Source of the DNA: Candidatus Saccharimonadales bacterium
GTDB taxonomy: Bacteria > Patescibacteriota > Saccharimonadia > Saccharimonadales > UBA4665
Length of the DNA: 64,000 nt
Reading direction: 5' to 3'
Assembly: GCA_038232415.1 (NCBI GenBank)
Contig: JBBSHY010000002.1
Location: 3,719 to 67,718 of the forward strand
Made by a program: the position numbers and the translations under genes. The notes below the pieces were generated by a model. The model had not been told where the DNA came from. It made no database searches and saw only the letters and a program-made list of their open reading frames with translations. This document shows positions 5,520 to 14,357 of this stretch, piece by piece (the first letter of the stretch is position 1; each line of letters begins with the position of its first letter).

Positions 5520-6095
5520 ATGGGAAAAGTAATCGCTGGTATGACCATGTCTTTGGACGGCTTTATCAATGACCGTAACGGAAGCGCAGAAAAACTTAGT
5601 CCAGATTTTTCTGAACTCCTTGATACTCCTTCTTTCCAGGAAATGATTAAAAATACAGGTGCTGTTATTATGGGGAGACATGTGTATGAGATGGCAGACC
5701 CATTTTTGTGGGCTAACGATGACTATGAATTCCAGACTCCCATTTTTGTCTTGACACATACACCTCCAGCAAAGTATCCCAAAGGAAATGACAGACTTAG
5801 CTTTACATTTGTAACTGATGGTATTGAGAGTGCTATTTCTCAGGCAAAGAAAGCAGGGAGTGACAAAGATGTTCAGGTAATAGGCGGCGCAAACACCATT
5901 CAGCAATGCCTTAATGCGGGGCTATGCGATGAATTACAGATAGATATTATGCCTGTTCTCCTTGGAGAAGGACTAAGACTATTTGAAAATATAGACACAG
6001 ATAAGATAAAGCTTGAAAGAACTAAAGTAGAAGAAACTACCCCTATTAGAACAAGTATTACATTAAGGGTTACGAAGACGAACCCTGGTGTATAG
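5520..6095 (+). CDS. dihydrofolate reductase-family protein (RibD C-terminal domain type)
   Basis: 191 aa. MGKVIAGMTMSLDGFI..., ...AVIMGRHVYE..., ...VIGGANTIQQCLNAGLCDEL.... Confidence 0.75.
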   Translation: MGKVIAGMTMSLDGFINDRNGSAEKLSPDFSELLDTPSFQEMIKNTGAVIMGRHVYEMADPFLWANDDYEFQTPIFVLTHTPPAKYPKGNDRLSFTFVTDGIESAISQAKKAGSDKDVQVIGGANTIQQCLNAGLCDELQIDIMPVLLGEGLRLFENIDTDKIKLERTKVEETTPIRTSITLRVTKTNPGV

Positions 6096-6184
6096 AAATT
6101 ACCGGCAGGAATTGCAGTTTCTAGGACAAATGGTTAGTACCGAAATAGCAAACATAAAACTAGGCAATGTGTAAGTCCCAGCTC

Positions 6185-6277
6185 TCACTTGCTCAACAAA
6201 TATTCTCGATAGGGAATGTCCAAAATCTTCCTCCATCTCGCTATCTCATCCCTGATTAGGTGCACACATATTGACAT
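6185..6277 (-). pseudogene. 30-codon remnant/mini-ORF of a BrnA/CopG-type antitoxin C-terminus (repeat family B, copy R5)
   Basis: MSICVHLIRDEIARWRKILDIPYREYLLSK* is homologous at protein and nucleotide level to 332-436. Its ATG overlaps the -35 box of the brnT promoter on the other strand. Confidence 0.35.
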
Positions 6278-6298
6278 AGTACGTCTTAAATGTATAAT
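6271..6298 (+). promoter_or_regulatory. brnTA promoter TTGACA-16-TATAAT
   Basis: Consensus hexamers at 6271-6276 and 6293-6298, 12 nt upstream of ATG 6310. Confidence 0.55.
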
Positions 6299-6309
6299 AC
6301 AGTATATAC

Positions 6310-6603
6310 ATGAAAGTCAATACAAGTGCCATTGAGTTTGATTGGGATAAGGGTAATACCGACAAGAACAGCAAACATGGCGTGCGTGACTGGGAGTGTG
6401 AAGAGGTGTTTTTTGATCAGAGAAAAGTCTTTCTGAAAGATTCCATTCATTCCGCAAACGAGGCTAGACAAATACTCCTCGGCAAGACAAAACAAGCCCG
6501 ACTGCTTTTCCTAGTCTTTACCATAAGGAAGGGAAAAATAAGAATCATATCAGTTAGAGATATTAACAAGAAGGAGGTGCACTTATATGAAAAAGCCACT
6601 TAA
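6310..6603 (+). CDS. brnT: BrnT-family type II toxin (DUF497 ribonuclease)
   Basis: 97 aa. IEFDWDKGNTDKNSKHGV...EEVF... is the family hallmark. It overlaps the downstream antitoxin. Confidence 0.85.
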   Translation: MKVNTSAIEFDWDKGNTDKNSKHGVRDWECEEVFFDQRKVFLKDSIHSANEARQILLGKTKQARLLFLVFTIRKGKIRIISVRDINKKEVHLYEKAT

Positions 6604-6853
6604 TATACCTAAGTTTAAGAATGAAGATCAGGAGAGAGACTTTTGGAATAAAGTCGATCTTTCTGAGCACTTTGAGCCGGAAGATTTTGATAAAGTCAGC
6701 TTCCCCAATCTTAAGCCAACTACTAAACCGGTATCAATTAGAATACCTGAACATATGTTGAACAGGGTCAAGGAACGAGCTAATGAAACCAATGTTCCAT
6801 ATCAATCGTTGATTAAAGAATATATTAGCAGGGGTGTTCGCTCTCCTCGATAG
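6587..6853 (+). CDS. brnA: BrnA-family antitoxin
   Basis: 88 aa, overlaps brnT by 17 nt. C-terminal RHH-like ...VSIRIPEHMLNRVKERANETNVPYQSLIKEYI.... Confidence 0.8.
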   Translation: MKKPLNIPKFKNEDQERDFWNKVDLSEHFEPEDFDKVSFPNLKPTTKPVSIRIPEHMLNRVKERANETNVPYQSLIKEYISRGVRSPR

Positions 6854-6935
6854 TCCAATGTACTTTACTGTGTAGGGATTCCCGACAAGGCAATTCAAGA
6901 TTGCTCTATTATCTTAATGTGCGTACAATGTACGT

Positions 6936-7247
6936 ATGACAATTAATACAAAACTTACAACCTCAGGCAATAGTGTGGCCGTGCGTTTACCAAAAGAGTT
7001 GCTCCGCATGAGCGGTCTTGGTGAGATGGTAAAACTAGAAGCAAAGAAAGGGAAGATTATTATTAGTAAAAATGCGAACCCTCGCGAAGGTTGGACTTCG
7101 CAAATTAAGTCTCTTATGGAAACGGGTAAAGATCCAACTCAGGAGTTTGATGACATGAAGGGCGCTTCTGCCGACGGACTAGATAATCTACCGTGGGATG
7201 GCCCTTCATTTGAAGACTGGCAGAAAACTCATGCCAAGCTTTCCTAA
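6936..7247 (+). CDS. mazE: AbrB/MazE/SpoVT-family antitoxin
   Basis: 103 aa. SGNSVAVRLPKELL swapped-hairpin motif. It overlaps the toxin gene. Confidence 0.75.
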   Translation: MTINTKLTTSGNSVAVRLPKELLRMSGLGEMVKLEAKKGKIIISKNANPREGWTSQIKSLMETGKDPTQEFDDMKGASADGLDNLPWDGPSFEDWQKTHAKLS

Positions 7248-7560
7248 GCAGTCTTCCGTCTACTGGTTTGACCCCGAGCCGGGGAAACGCTCGGAACTAC
7301 GAAAAATACGGCCGTGCATTGTTGTTTCACCGAATGAAATGAACGAAAACCTACGTACAGTTCTAGTGGTGCCTTTGACTTCCACCATACAACCATGGCC
7401 GTTTAGGGCGATTGTAACCATTCTTGGCCGGAAGTCCAACGTGGCTTGTGACCAGTTAAGAGCAGTGGATAAAAGCCGGCTCAGAGCCTACATTGGTGAC
7501 CTGAAAGTAACAGATAAGGATAAATTGCACAGCTTGTTGCAGTCAATTTTTTCAGAGTAG
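7231..7560 (+). CDS. mazF: PemK/MazF-family type II toxin endoribonuclease
   Basis: YWFDPEPGKRSELRKIRPCIVVSPNEMN...VLVVPLTS. The likely start is ATG 7231, which overlaps the mazE end; the track ORF starts at 7198. Confidence 0.85.
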   Translation: MPSFPKQSSVYWFDPEPGKRSELRKIRPCIVVSPNEMNENLRTVLVVPLTSTIQPWPFRAIVTILGRKSNVACDQLRAVDKSRLRAYIGDLKVTDKDKLHSLLQSIFSE

Positions 7561-7577
7561 CAGTCGGAGTTAAAGAC

Positions 7578-8720
7578 ATGATAAAAATTCCCAAATATCT
7601 TCGAAAAGAATTCGAGACTTTAAATCTTATAACAATTAACCGTGCGCATTTCCTGCATAACTTGCATGCTATTCGTAAGAATACTAACCTTGACGTGGCA
7701 CCTGTTCTTAAGGCTAACGCCTATGGACATGGCCTTAAGCAGGTTGCTTTGATCCTAGCTGAGGAACAAGACTTACCGTTCATCGCAGTTGATTCATATA
7801 AAGAGGCTTTAACAGTCAGAAGTATTTGTAGGGCGTCGGTTCTGGTGATGGGCGCAATTAATCCTGACAATTTCCATAAAATGAAATTGAGCGGTTTGAT
7901 GTTTGCAGTTTCAAGAGAAGATACGATCCAGGCTCTCGGCAGGCTAAACAAAAAAATAAAGATTCATGTAGATATTGATACGGGTATGGTACGGCAGGGT
8001 ATTTCTAGCGAAGAATTAGGCAGTCTAGTATCACTTATAAAAACCTATCCAAATTTAGAAGTAAACGGTGTTATGTCCCACTTGGCCGATGCCGATAATC
8101 CTGTTGATGAGTCTTTTGTAAAAGAGCAAACGGTTAAATTTGATAAAGCCGTGGAGCTGGTATTGGCTCAAGGCTTTAAGCCGCAGTGGATACATCTGGC
8201 GCAAAGTGCCGGCTCAACCAGGCCGCAGTCAAAGTTTGTAAATGCAGTAAGGCCCGGTATTGCTCTTTATGGTATTAACCCGCTCGACCCCACTGATAGT
8301 AAATTTGGCCAGCTGCAAAAGACCAAGCCGGTAATGAGTATTTGGAGCCGTATTATTGCGATTCAAAATTTGAAAAGCGGTGAAAGCGTGAGCTATAGCA
8401 GGACTTATAGAGCTGCAAAACCTGCGTCCATAGGTGTTTTACCTTTTGGATACTATGAGGGTCTGCCGAGAGTCTTAAGTAACAAAGCTATTTTACTTAG
8501 TGAAAACAAAAAGGAATTACCAGTTCGCGGCAGGATATGCATGAACCATACCATGATTGATATAACCGGAACTGACCTAAAAGTGGGAGATAAGGTACAA
8601 ATACTCTCCGATAGCCGAAGCGACCCCAACTCTGTACAGCCGCTATGTGATTCCTTTAACCTTTTTAATTATGAGTTTTTAGTAAAGATAAACGAACAAA
8701 CCCGACGGGTTGTTTCATAA
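7578..8720 (+). CDS. alr: alanine racemase
   Basis: 380 aa with the PLP-lysine motif APVLKANAYGHGL and full-length architecture. Confidence 0.9.
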   Translation: MIKIPKYLRKEFETLNLITINRAHFLHNLHAIRKNTNLDVAPVLKANAYGHGLKQVALILAEEQDLPFIAVDSYKEALTVRSICRASVLVMGAINPDNFHKMKLSGLMFAVSREDTIQALGRLNKKIKIHVDIDTGMVRQGISSEELGSLVSLIKTYPNLEVNGVMSHLADADNPVDESFVKEQTVKFDKAVELVLAQGFKPQWIHLAQSAGSTRPQSKFVNAVRPGIALYGINPLDPTDSKFGQLQKTKPVMSIWSRIIAIQNLKSGESVSYSRTYRAAKPASIGVLPFGYYEGLPRVLSNKAILLSENKKELPVRGRICMNHTMIDITGTDLKVGDKVQILSDSRSDPNSVQPLCDSFNLFNYEFLVKINEQTRRVVS

Positions 8721-8733
8721 GTGGTTTCTACTA

Positions 8734-10296
8734 TTAATAAAGTTCGTCGCGTTTTTCGTTCAGGAAACGTATCCATTGCCGGACTAAACGCAGCATTGCC
8801 TTCAGTGGCAGCTCGATGGCAACATCGAGGAAACGCGCGACGAGGTTCAGCTTACTGTATTTTCGGGACAGCCACTGCCCGGATAGTATGAATGGCAAGT
8901 AAAAAAAGTCGCCCAGTGAAGCTAAGAATCCAGTCTGCCGGCTGGTGAGCTCCAGCTCGCGCACCATAGTACTTAAGCGGAAGCCTAAGAAGCTGGCAGT
9001 TGAGAAGAATATAAAGAAAATCATCATTTGCACAAAACTAAAGCTCAATTTTTGCAGGGCAAGAACACTAAGGATAACCGGTATGGAAAAGAACAGGGCG
9101 TAAAGAAAACGCGTAGATGTAGATTCCTGCCTTTTTTCGGCCGCGTAAATCTGTTGGTTACTGCCACCATACAGAAGTGTTTCCATATAATTGTAGAGTG
9201 TATTAGCATTGGATGAGGAGGGCGGACGAAGACCAAACTTTAAGCTCGCCATATAGAGCGGAGGGAAAAGCAGGTTAACAGTAAGTGGCAGGAGTATGAC
9301 GCGGCCGTTCATCAGAATGTCATACGGTACTTCAACAGCGACGCCGATAATTACCTTAGTGATAATAATGAAAACAATACTTTTAAAAAGCCCGCGGTCA
9401 AGCCGGCCGCTTACATGTCTGTATTCATGATTAATTTGTGCCCGGTAGGCATCCATAAATAACTCCCGGTTTTGCAGAAGTTCGGGTACATCCGGCCGGT
9501 CATCAATCAGGCTCTTAAGCACCCGGAACGGCGCGCCGTAACGGCTGATGATACGTTTAAGGCGGCTGGTAAGCTCGCTTATGTATAGTTTGTCTATCTG
9601 CTCATTAAACGACTTAAAGCCATGAATATCCTGAGCAGACATTTGATAAAGGCTGAATAATTCATGGCGTATAGTATCGGCATCGGACTTGAGTAGTGCC
9701 TGATGTACGGCGATATACATGCATAGCTCGTAGTTGCTGCTATCCGGCAAATGTGTGAATTGATCTTTGGCAATCATCTGCAGAAAGTGCTGGTAAGCAA
9801 AAAAGACGGTTACCTGCTGCTGGCTATGCGGGTTGAGAAGGTTTTCTATCTCGACCGAAATAAATGCCAAAATCCAGCCGGTGGCCAGCTCGCGGTCCGT
9901 ATGGACTTGACGCAGATGGCCAAAAGCCTCCATGTACGTCTTGATCACATGATTTACTCTTTCAGCAGTTTCGCTGCCAATACGGCCGTTTGGCAGGTAA
10001 CCAGCCTGTACAAGTTCGACTATCAATTCCCGGCCGAACACGTCGTGATGTTGCTTAGTCACAAACAGGTTAAGTTTGCAAAATCGCTTGATCGCTCGCT
10101 GCAGCAACAAATGTTCTTCGGCATATTCAGCCGCGTTCCGCAGCTGCTCGTAAGCACTCGACAGTACAGTACCGGTGATTGGAACTTCTACACCTACGCC
10201 TTTAGCATTGTTTTCTTTCGCCTGCTGATCACGCTGGCGCGCTAACGCCAGCTGCTCTATGAGCAGGTTATTTAAAGATGAAGACTGTTCAGGCAT
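8734..10296 (-). CDS. large hypothetical membrane protein (soluble helical N-half, polytopic C-half)
   Basis: 520 aa with at least 4 TM helices in the C-terminal 220 aa (FKSIVFIIITKVIIGVAV, VILLPLTVNLLFPPLYMA, FLYALFFSIPVILSVLAL, MMIFFIFFSTASFLGF). It vaguely recalls the PF10136 family annotated as site-specific recombinase Gcr; not verified. Confidence 0.5.
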   Translation of the reverse strand: MPEQSSSLNNLLIEQLALARQRDQQAKENNAKGVGVEVPITGTVLSSAYEQLRNAAEYAEEHLLLQRAIKRFCKLNLFVTKQHHDVFGRELIVELVQAGYLPNGRIGSETAERVNHVIKTYMEAFGHLRQVHTDRELATGWILAFISVEIENLLNPHSQQQVTVFFAYQHFLQMIAKDQFTHLPDSSNYELCMYIAVHQALLKSDADTIRHELFSLYQMSAQDIHGFKSFNEQIDKLYISELTSRLKRIISRYGAPFRVLKSLIDDRPDVPELLQNRELFMDAYRAQINHEYRHVSGRLDRGLFKSIVFIIITKVIIGVAVEVPYDILMNGRVILLPLTVNLLFPPLYMASLKFGLRPPSSSNANTLYNYMETLLYGGSNQQIYAAEKRQESTSTRFLYALFFSIPVILSVLALQKLSFSFVQMMIFFIFFSTASFLGFRLSTMVRELELTSRQTGFLASLGDFFYLPFILSGQWLSRKYSKLNLVARFLDVAIELPLKAMLRLVRQWIRFLNEKRDELY

Positions 10297-10379
10297 TATT
10301 AAATATTATAGGGCTTTTAGTGAGGAAAAACCTAGTGATAAGGACTTGCAGTTTCCTTATAGATAGAAGGGAGCGAAAA

Positions 10380-10835
10380 TTATGGATTTACTCGCAGTAT
10401 TAATGGTTCTACGTATCCTGTACTTTCTAATGTAGCAGGTTCAAGCTCAGGTGATCCTGTCATCAACTCAAGAAACTTAACTCTCCTAATATCGCGGCCG
10501 TTATCCCCGGCTAAGTTAGTTGCCCTATTAAACTCTTCTTCTGAAGTTATACCATGAATAAGAACGCCCCATTTAATCTCCCTGGTCCCATGGCCTTGCT
10601 TAGGCACCTCATCTGGTTCATGAAGTCCGAAAATCGCAATTTCTCCTATATGAGTAGTCGGACCGCGAATTATATTTTGAAGAGAAATCTCTCTAATTTC
10701 GGTTGCATTGTTTCTTGATCTCTTACGAGATGTTACCTCAAATGGGTCAAATTGAGAGGGGTGGACATCTGGGTCTCTTTCTGCTTGGTGAATTAAGTCA
10801 GCATAAGCATTTTTTTCTTGTGATACGTTAGCCAT
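10380..10835 (-). CDS. hypothetical protein
   Basis: ORF with the likely start at ATG 10835 (AGAGGG 9 nt upstream; the track start 10883 is less likely). No family recognised. Confidence 0.45.
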   Translation of the reverse strand: MANVSQEKNAYADLIHQAERDPDVHPSQFDPFEVTSRKRSRNNATEIREISLQNIIRGPTTHIGEIAIFGLHEPDEVPKQGHGTREIKWGVLIHGITSEEEFNRATNLAGDNGRDIRRVKFLELMTGSPELEPATLESTGYVEPLILRVNP

Positions 10836-10932
10836 CTCTTTAAGCCCTCTTGTTAATTTTGTATAAAAAAACCGACCCACCAAGATCGATTGTTATATTT
10901 TAGTCTAATTTAGCGTACACCGTCAAATGGAA

Positions 10933-11697
10933 TTAACCTTTACCCCCATAACGCCAAGGCAGCATTTTTCGCTCGATAAGGCCGACTAGTCCAAATAGTA
11001 GCAGGCTAAAGATTGCCGTGACAAATATAGCTGCAAAGACTAATGGAATAGCATGAGCATTGGCGGAGGTTTGTATAAAGATACCGAGGCCTTTATAGGC
11101 GCCAACGTATTCGCCGACGATTGCGCCAATCATGCTATAGGCCACGGCAATTTTTAGGCCGGAAAAAAATGACGGCATGGCTGACGGGATTTTTACCATC
11201 TTAAGTATTTGTAATTTTGAAGCCCGCATACTGCGAAAAAGATTAATCTGCTGGGAATCTACAGCGGCCAGACCGCCGGCCATAGCAATAGTTATAGGGA
11301 AAAAACAATATAGCGTGACTATAATTACTTTTGGCAATAAGCCGTAACCTATCCAGATTAGTAAAAGCGGGCTCAGTGCCACTATAGGAATTGTCTGCGA
11401 GGACACAAGTAAAGGGTAAATAGCTTTACGGACTAATGCCGAAGCATCCAGTAATATAGCGGTGATCACACCCAAAAAAATCGCTGCCAGAAGACCCAAC
11501 ATTGCTTCCAGCATTGTCTGTAAAGCATGGCTTAGCAATATCTGCCAGTAGGGGGCCGAAAATGTGATTATCAAGCTTGGAGCCGGCAGAATATTATCGC
11601 TGACACGTGTCAGGCGAACACCTATTTCCCAGACTGCCAGAACGCTCAGGAGTACAATAAGCGCCGGTAAATAATTTAGCAGAGTTTTAAATTTCAT
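10933..11697 (-). CDS. ABC transporter permease, NitT/TauT/ThiX type (putative HMP/thiamine-precursor importer)
   Basis: 254 aa with 6 TM helices and a binding-protein-dependent permease fold. Third gene of the riboswitch-controlled operon; overlaps the ATPase gene by 4 nt. Confidence 0.8.
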   Translation of the reverse strand: MKFKTLLNYLPALIVLLSVLAVWEIGVRLTRVSDNILPAPSLIITFSAPYWQILLSHALQTMLEAMLGLLAAIFLGVITAILLDASALVRKAIYPLLVSSQTIPIVALSPLLLIWIGYGLLPKVIIVTLYCFFPITIAMAGGLAAVDSQQINLFRSMRASKLQILKMVKIPSAMPSFFSGLKIAVAYSMIGAIVGEYVGAYKGLGIFIQTSANAHAIPLVFAAIFVTAIFSLLLFGLVGLIERKMLPWRYGGKG

Positions 11698-12455
11698 AGC
11701 TGAAGTAACATATTTTCTAATTCAGCCTCTAAAAGCACCGAATCTCTCTTACTCATAAACTCACGCCGGCGCGGTCTGGGAAGATTGACAGCAACCTCTT
11801 TAATAACGGCCGCCGGCCGGCTGCCCAAAACATATATTCTGTCTGAAAGCAGTATAGCCTCACGAATATCATGCGTGATAAACAATACAGTTGAACGAAC
11901 CTCATTCCAGACATCCAGTAACCACATTTGCATGGTCAGTCGAGTGATAGCATCAAGTGCGCCGAAGGGTTCGTCCATCAGCAGGAAGTCTTTATTGAAT
12001 AAAATAGTCCGGAGCAGTGCAACTTTCTGGGCCATACCGCCGGATAGTACATCAGGGTACTGATCGGCGAAATACAGCAGTCCGAATTTTTCCAGTAAAA
12101 TGTCTGCCTGTTTCTTAGCGTTCTGGACAGACTTATTCCGTAATAAAAGCCCAAGCATTACATTACCCCTGACTGTTTTCCAGGGCAGTAGTAAGGGGCT
12201 TTGTGGCATGTAGCCGGACTTACCAAGACGCTCCGCCTTTGTTTTGCCGTCTATGGCTACCGTTCCTGCTGTCTGCTCGGTGATACCGGCTATTATGTTA
12301 AACAGGGTGCTTTTACCACAACCGCTGGGCCCGACAACGCTGACGAATTCTCCGTTATTGACATGCATGTTAAGAGACTTCAGAACTTCTAAGTTTCGGT
12401 CTGTGCCGGAAAATGACTTAGTCAGATTCTTGACGGAGAGTTTTACTTTGCTCAT
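11694..12455 (-). CDS. ABC transporter ATP-binding protein (ThiZ-like)
   Basis: Walker A GPSGCGKST, signature LSGGMAQKV, Walker B LLMDEPFGALD. Confidence 0.85.
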   Translation of the reverse strand: MSKVKLSVKNLTKSFSGTDRNLEVLKSLNMHVNNGEFVSVVGPSGCGKSTLFNIIAGITEQTAGTVAIDGKTKAERLGKSGYMPQSPLLLPWKTVRGNVMLGLLLRNKSVQNAKKQADILLEKFGLLYFADQYPDVLSGGMAQKVALLRTILFNKDFLLMDEPFGALDAITRLTMQMWLLDVWNEVRSTVLFITHDIREAILLSDRIYVLGSRPAAVIKEVAVNLPRPRRREFMSKRDSVLLEAELENMLLQL

Positions 12456-12495
12456 TGGTTATTGCGAGACGGCTTTATTGACTTATTCGGACAAG

Positions 12496-13515
12496 CTATG
12501 GCAGGAACTGATTAGTAAATAAGCGGTCATAGGCCAAAGTTTTCACAGCTTTATCTGACTTATCAGTAACCACACCAGCATCCAGCATAAATTTTGGATA
12601 GTCATGCCAGGATTTCTGATCCTGTACGCCCCATTTACGACTTTTATCGGCATAGTGGCTGCTCAGAAATGTCTGGCTGTCAGAAACCAGGCCGGTGTCT
12701 GCGAATGTAGCTTTTGGAGCGGTACTAATAAGTAATTGTGCAGATTCTTTGGGATAACGCCGGGCATACTCATAACCCTTGGCGGTAGCTGCCATAAAGC
12801 GCTTTAGAGTATCTGGCTGCTGCTTAATCTGTTGTGGCGTAGCAATGTAAGCTAGATTCGGGCCGTCAGGGATACCATAAGAAGTGATCGGGAAAAATTT
12901 TGTTGCCAGACCGTCGCGTCTGGCCTGGATGGCTTCCCAACCTTCAAAGGCCCAGACAAAATCTATCTTTTTGCTTTCCAGGGCCTGCATGGCTTCGACG
13001 TTGAGCGTGATATTTTTAAAGTCACCTGTACCACCGTCTTTCTTGATAACCTCGCTTACCACGGCATTTTCCGATAACGAGCCATAACCACCGTATATCT
13101 TACCGTCTAGTTCCTTCGGACTATTAATACCCGAATCGGACCTTACTATAAAACCTGACGTATTATGCTGAACCACGGCCCCTATGGAAACTATCGGCTG
13201 ATTTTTCGCGTTATAAGAGACTATATCCTCTGTGGTACTGATGCCTACATCGGCCTTGCCGCTTAGCACAAGGCTACTGGAAGAAACATTGGCGGAATAG
13301 GGCAGGATTTCCAGGTTAATCCCTTGATTTTTATACCAGCCTTTAGCCAAAGCCGCGTACATGCCGGTATGGTTGGTGTTTGGCGTCCAGTCCATGGCTA
13401 TTCTGACTTTATGGAGAGAATTTGGAGCCTCAGCCTTGCGTGGAAGCAAAGCAAACAGGGCAATGACCACCGCTATAACAATAATTCCCAGTCCTAAAAA
13501 TTTTATATTCTTCAT
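12496..13515 (-). CDS. NMT1/THI5-like ABC substrate-binding protein (ThiY-like)
   Basis: N-terminal membrane anchor, then VRIAMDWTPNTNHTGMYAA..., typical of NMT1/THI5-like binders. It lies directly downstream of a TPP riboswitch. The likely start is ATG 13515 (GGGGG 10 nt upstream; the track uses TTG 13524). Confidence 0.8.
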   Translation of the reverse strand: MKNIKFLGLGIIVIAVVIALFALLPRKAEAPNSLHKVRIAMDWTPNTNHTGMYAALAKGWYKNQGINLEILPYSANVSSSSLVLSGKADVGISTTEDIVSYNAKNQPIVSIGAVVQHNTSGFIVRSDSGINSPKELDGKIYGGYGSLSENAVVSEVIKKDGGTGDFKNITLNVEAMQALESKKIDFVWAFEGWEAIQARRDGLATKFFPITSYGIPDGPNLAYIATPQQIKQQPDTLKRFMAATAKGYEYARRYPKESAQLLISTAPKATFADTGLVSDSQTFLSSHYADKSRKWGVQDQKSWHDYPKFMLDAGVVTDKSDKAVKTLAYDRLFTNQFLP

Positions 13516-13542
13516 ATGGTTCAAACCCCCTAATTAAATAAT

Positions 13543-13565
13543 AAAAACCGGGCATTAATGCCCGG
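13543..13565 (-). terminator. riboswitch expression-platform terminator
   Basis: The minus strand reads CCGGGC-AUUAAU-GCCCGG followed by UUUUU, between the TPP aptamer and the start codon. Confidence 0.6.
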
Positions 13566-13590
13566 CAGTAAGATCATCCGATTGATGTTG

Positions 13591-13674
13591 GTTCCTACGC
13601 CGGCATTATCCGAACAGGTTCTACGGGTCGATGACTTAACACCATCCTCTCAGCCCGAAACACGAGCTCCCCTA
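13591..13674 (-). promoter_or_regulatory. TPP (THI-box) riboswitch aptamer
   Basis: The minus strand reads UAGGGGAGCUCGUGUUUCGGGCUGAGAGGAUGGUGUUAAGUCAUCGACCCGUAGAACCUGUUCGGAUAAUGCCGGCGUAGGAAC. It has the conserved CUGAGA, ACCC...GAACCUG and GGAUAAUGCCGGCG.AGG elements. Confidence 0.85.
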
Positions 13675-13686
13675 ACGATCATATAT

Positions 13687-13716
13687 ATAGTAGAAGTTTA
13701 GGTATCACATTGTCAA
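13687..13716 (-). promoter_or_regulatory. promoter TTGACA-18-TACTAT for the riboswitch operon
   Basis: Minus-strand hexamers at 13716-13711 and 13692-13687 put the transcription start a few nt before the aptamer. Confidence 0.5.
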
Positions 13717-14354
13717 TCAGCAGTGCTGTAATGGACAAACAGTAATGTTCCGCGCGAGAAAGTTACTTCCGCGTTTTTGTGGGTCAATACATTGCTAATA
13801 CCCCGGCCTCTGCCCATGAATAGTGTTTCGCCACGCAAAGGATAGCGCAGGTTTGATGTCTGGATTTGCGTGACTTCGGGCGTTAAAGGAATAAGTGAAA
13901 TTAGATCTTTGGTACTGCCGGTTATTTTAACGATCGTCGGACCTTTTTCGATCCAGGCTGCCACCGGCCCGTTAATAAATTTTATCGGAATATTAATATT
14001 AATTACGGAAAGTATATTGGTTAGAATGTGGTCAAGCCTATCGCCCTCAGTACCTCCAAGAATTGAAATTTGCGTGGCATTATTTTTAATTGCGTAACGC
14101 AGTGCGAGCTCGGTATCTGTTTCGTCTTTTTTGGCGTCATAAATGACGAAATCACAACCTTTTTGTTCCAAAACTTTTTTAGTTGCCGAGCCAAGAGAAT
14201 CAAGATCTCCGATCACGGCAGTAGGCAGCGTCTGAAAATCCATCGCGGTCTTTGCTCCGCTATCGGCGGCAATTACTTTGTCACAAGAGGCCAGGGCGTT
14301 TTGCACAAATTTTCCCGGGCGTAAATTACCGCCAGTAAAAATAACTATATGCAT
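13713..14354 (-). CDS. thiN: thiamine pyrophosphokinase
   Basis: 213 aa. MHIVIFTGG..., VIAADSGA, VIGDLDS and the C-terminal thiamine-binding domain pattern. Confidence 0.85.
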   Translation of the reverse strand: MHIVIFTGGNLRPGKFVQNALASCDKVIAADSGAKTAMDFQTLPTAVIGDLDSLGSATKKVLEQKGCDFVIYDAKKDETDTELALRYAIKNNATQISILGGTEGDRLDHILTNILSVININIPIKFINGPVAAWIEKGPTIVKITGSTKDLISLIPLTPEVTQIQTSNLRYPLRGETLFMGRGRGISNVLTHKNAEVTFSRGTLLFVHYSTAD

Positions 14355-14357
14355 AGC

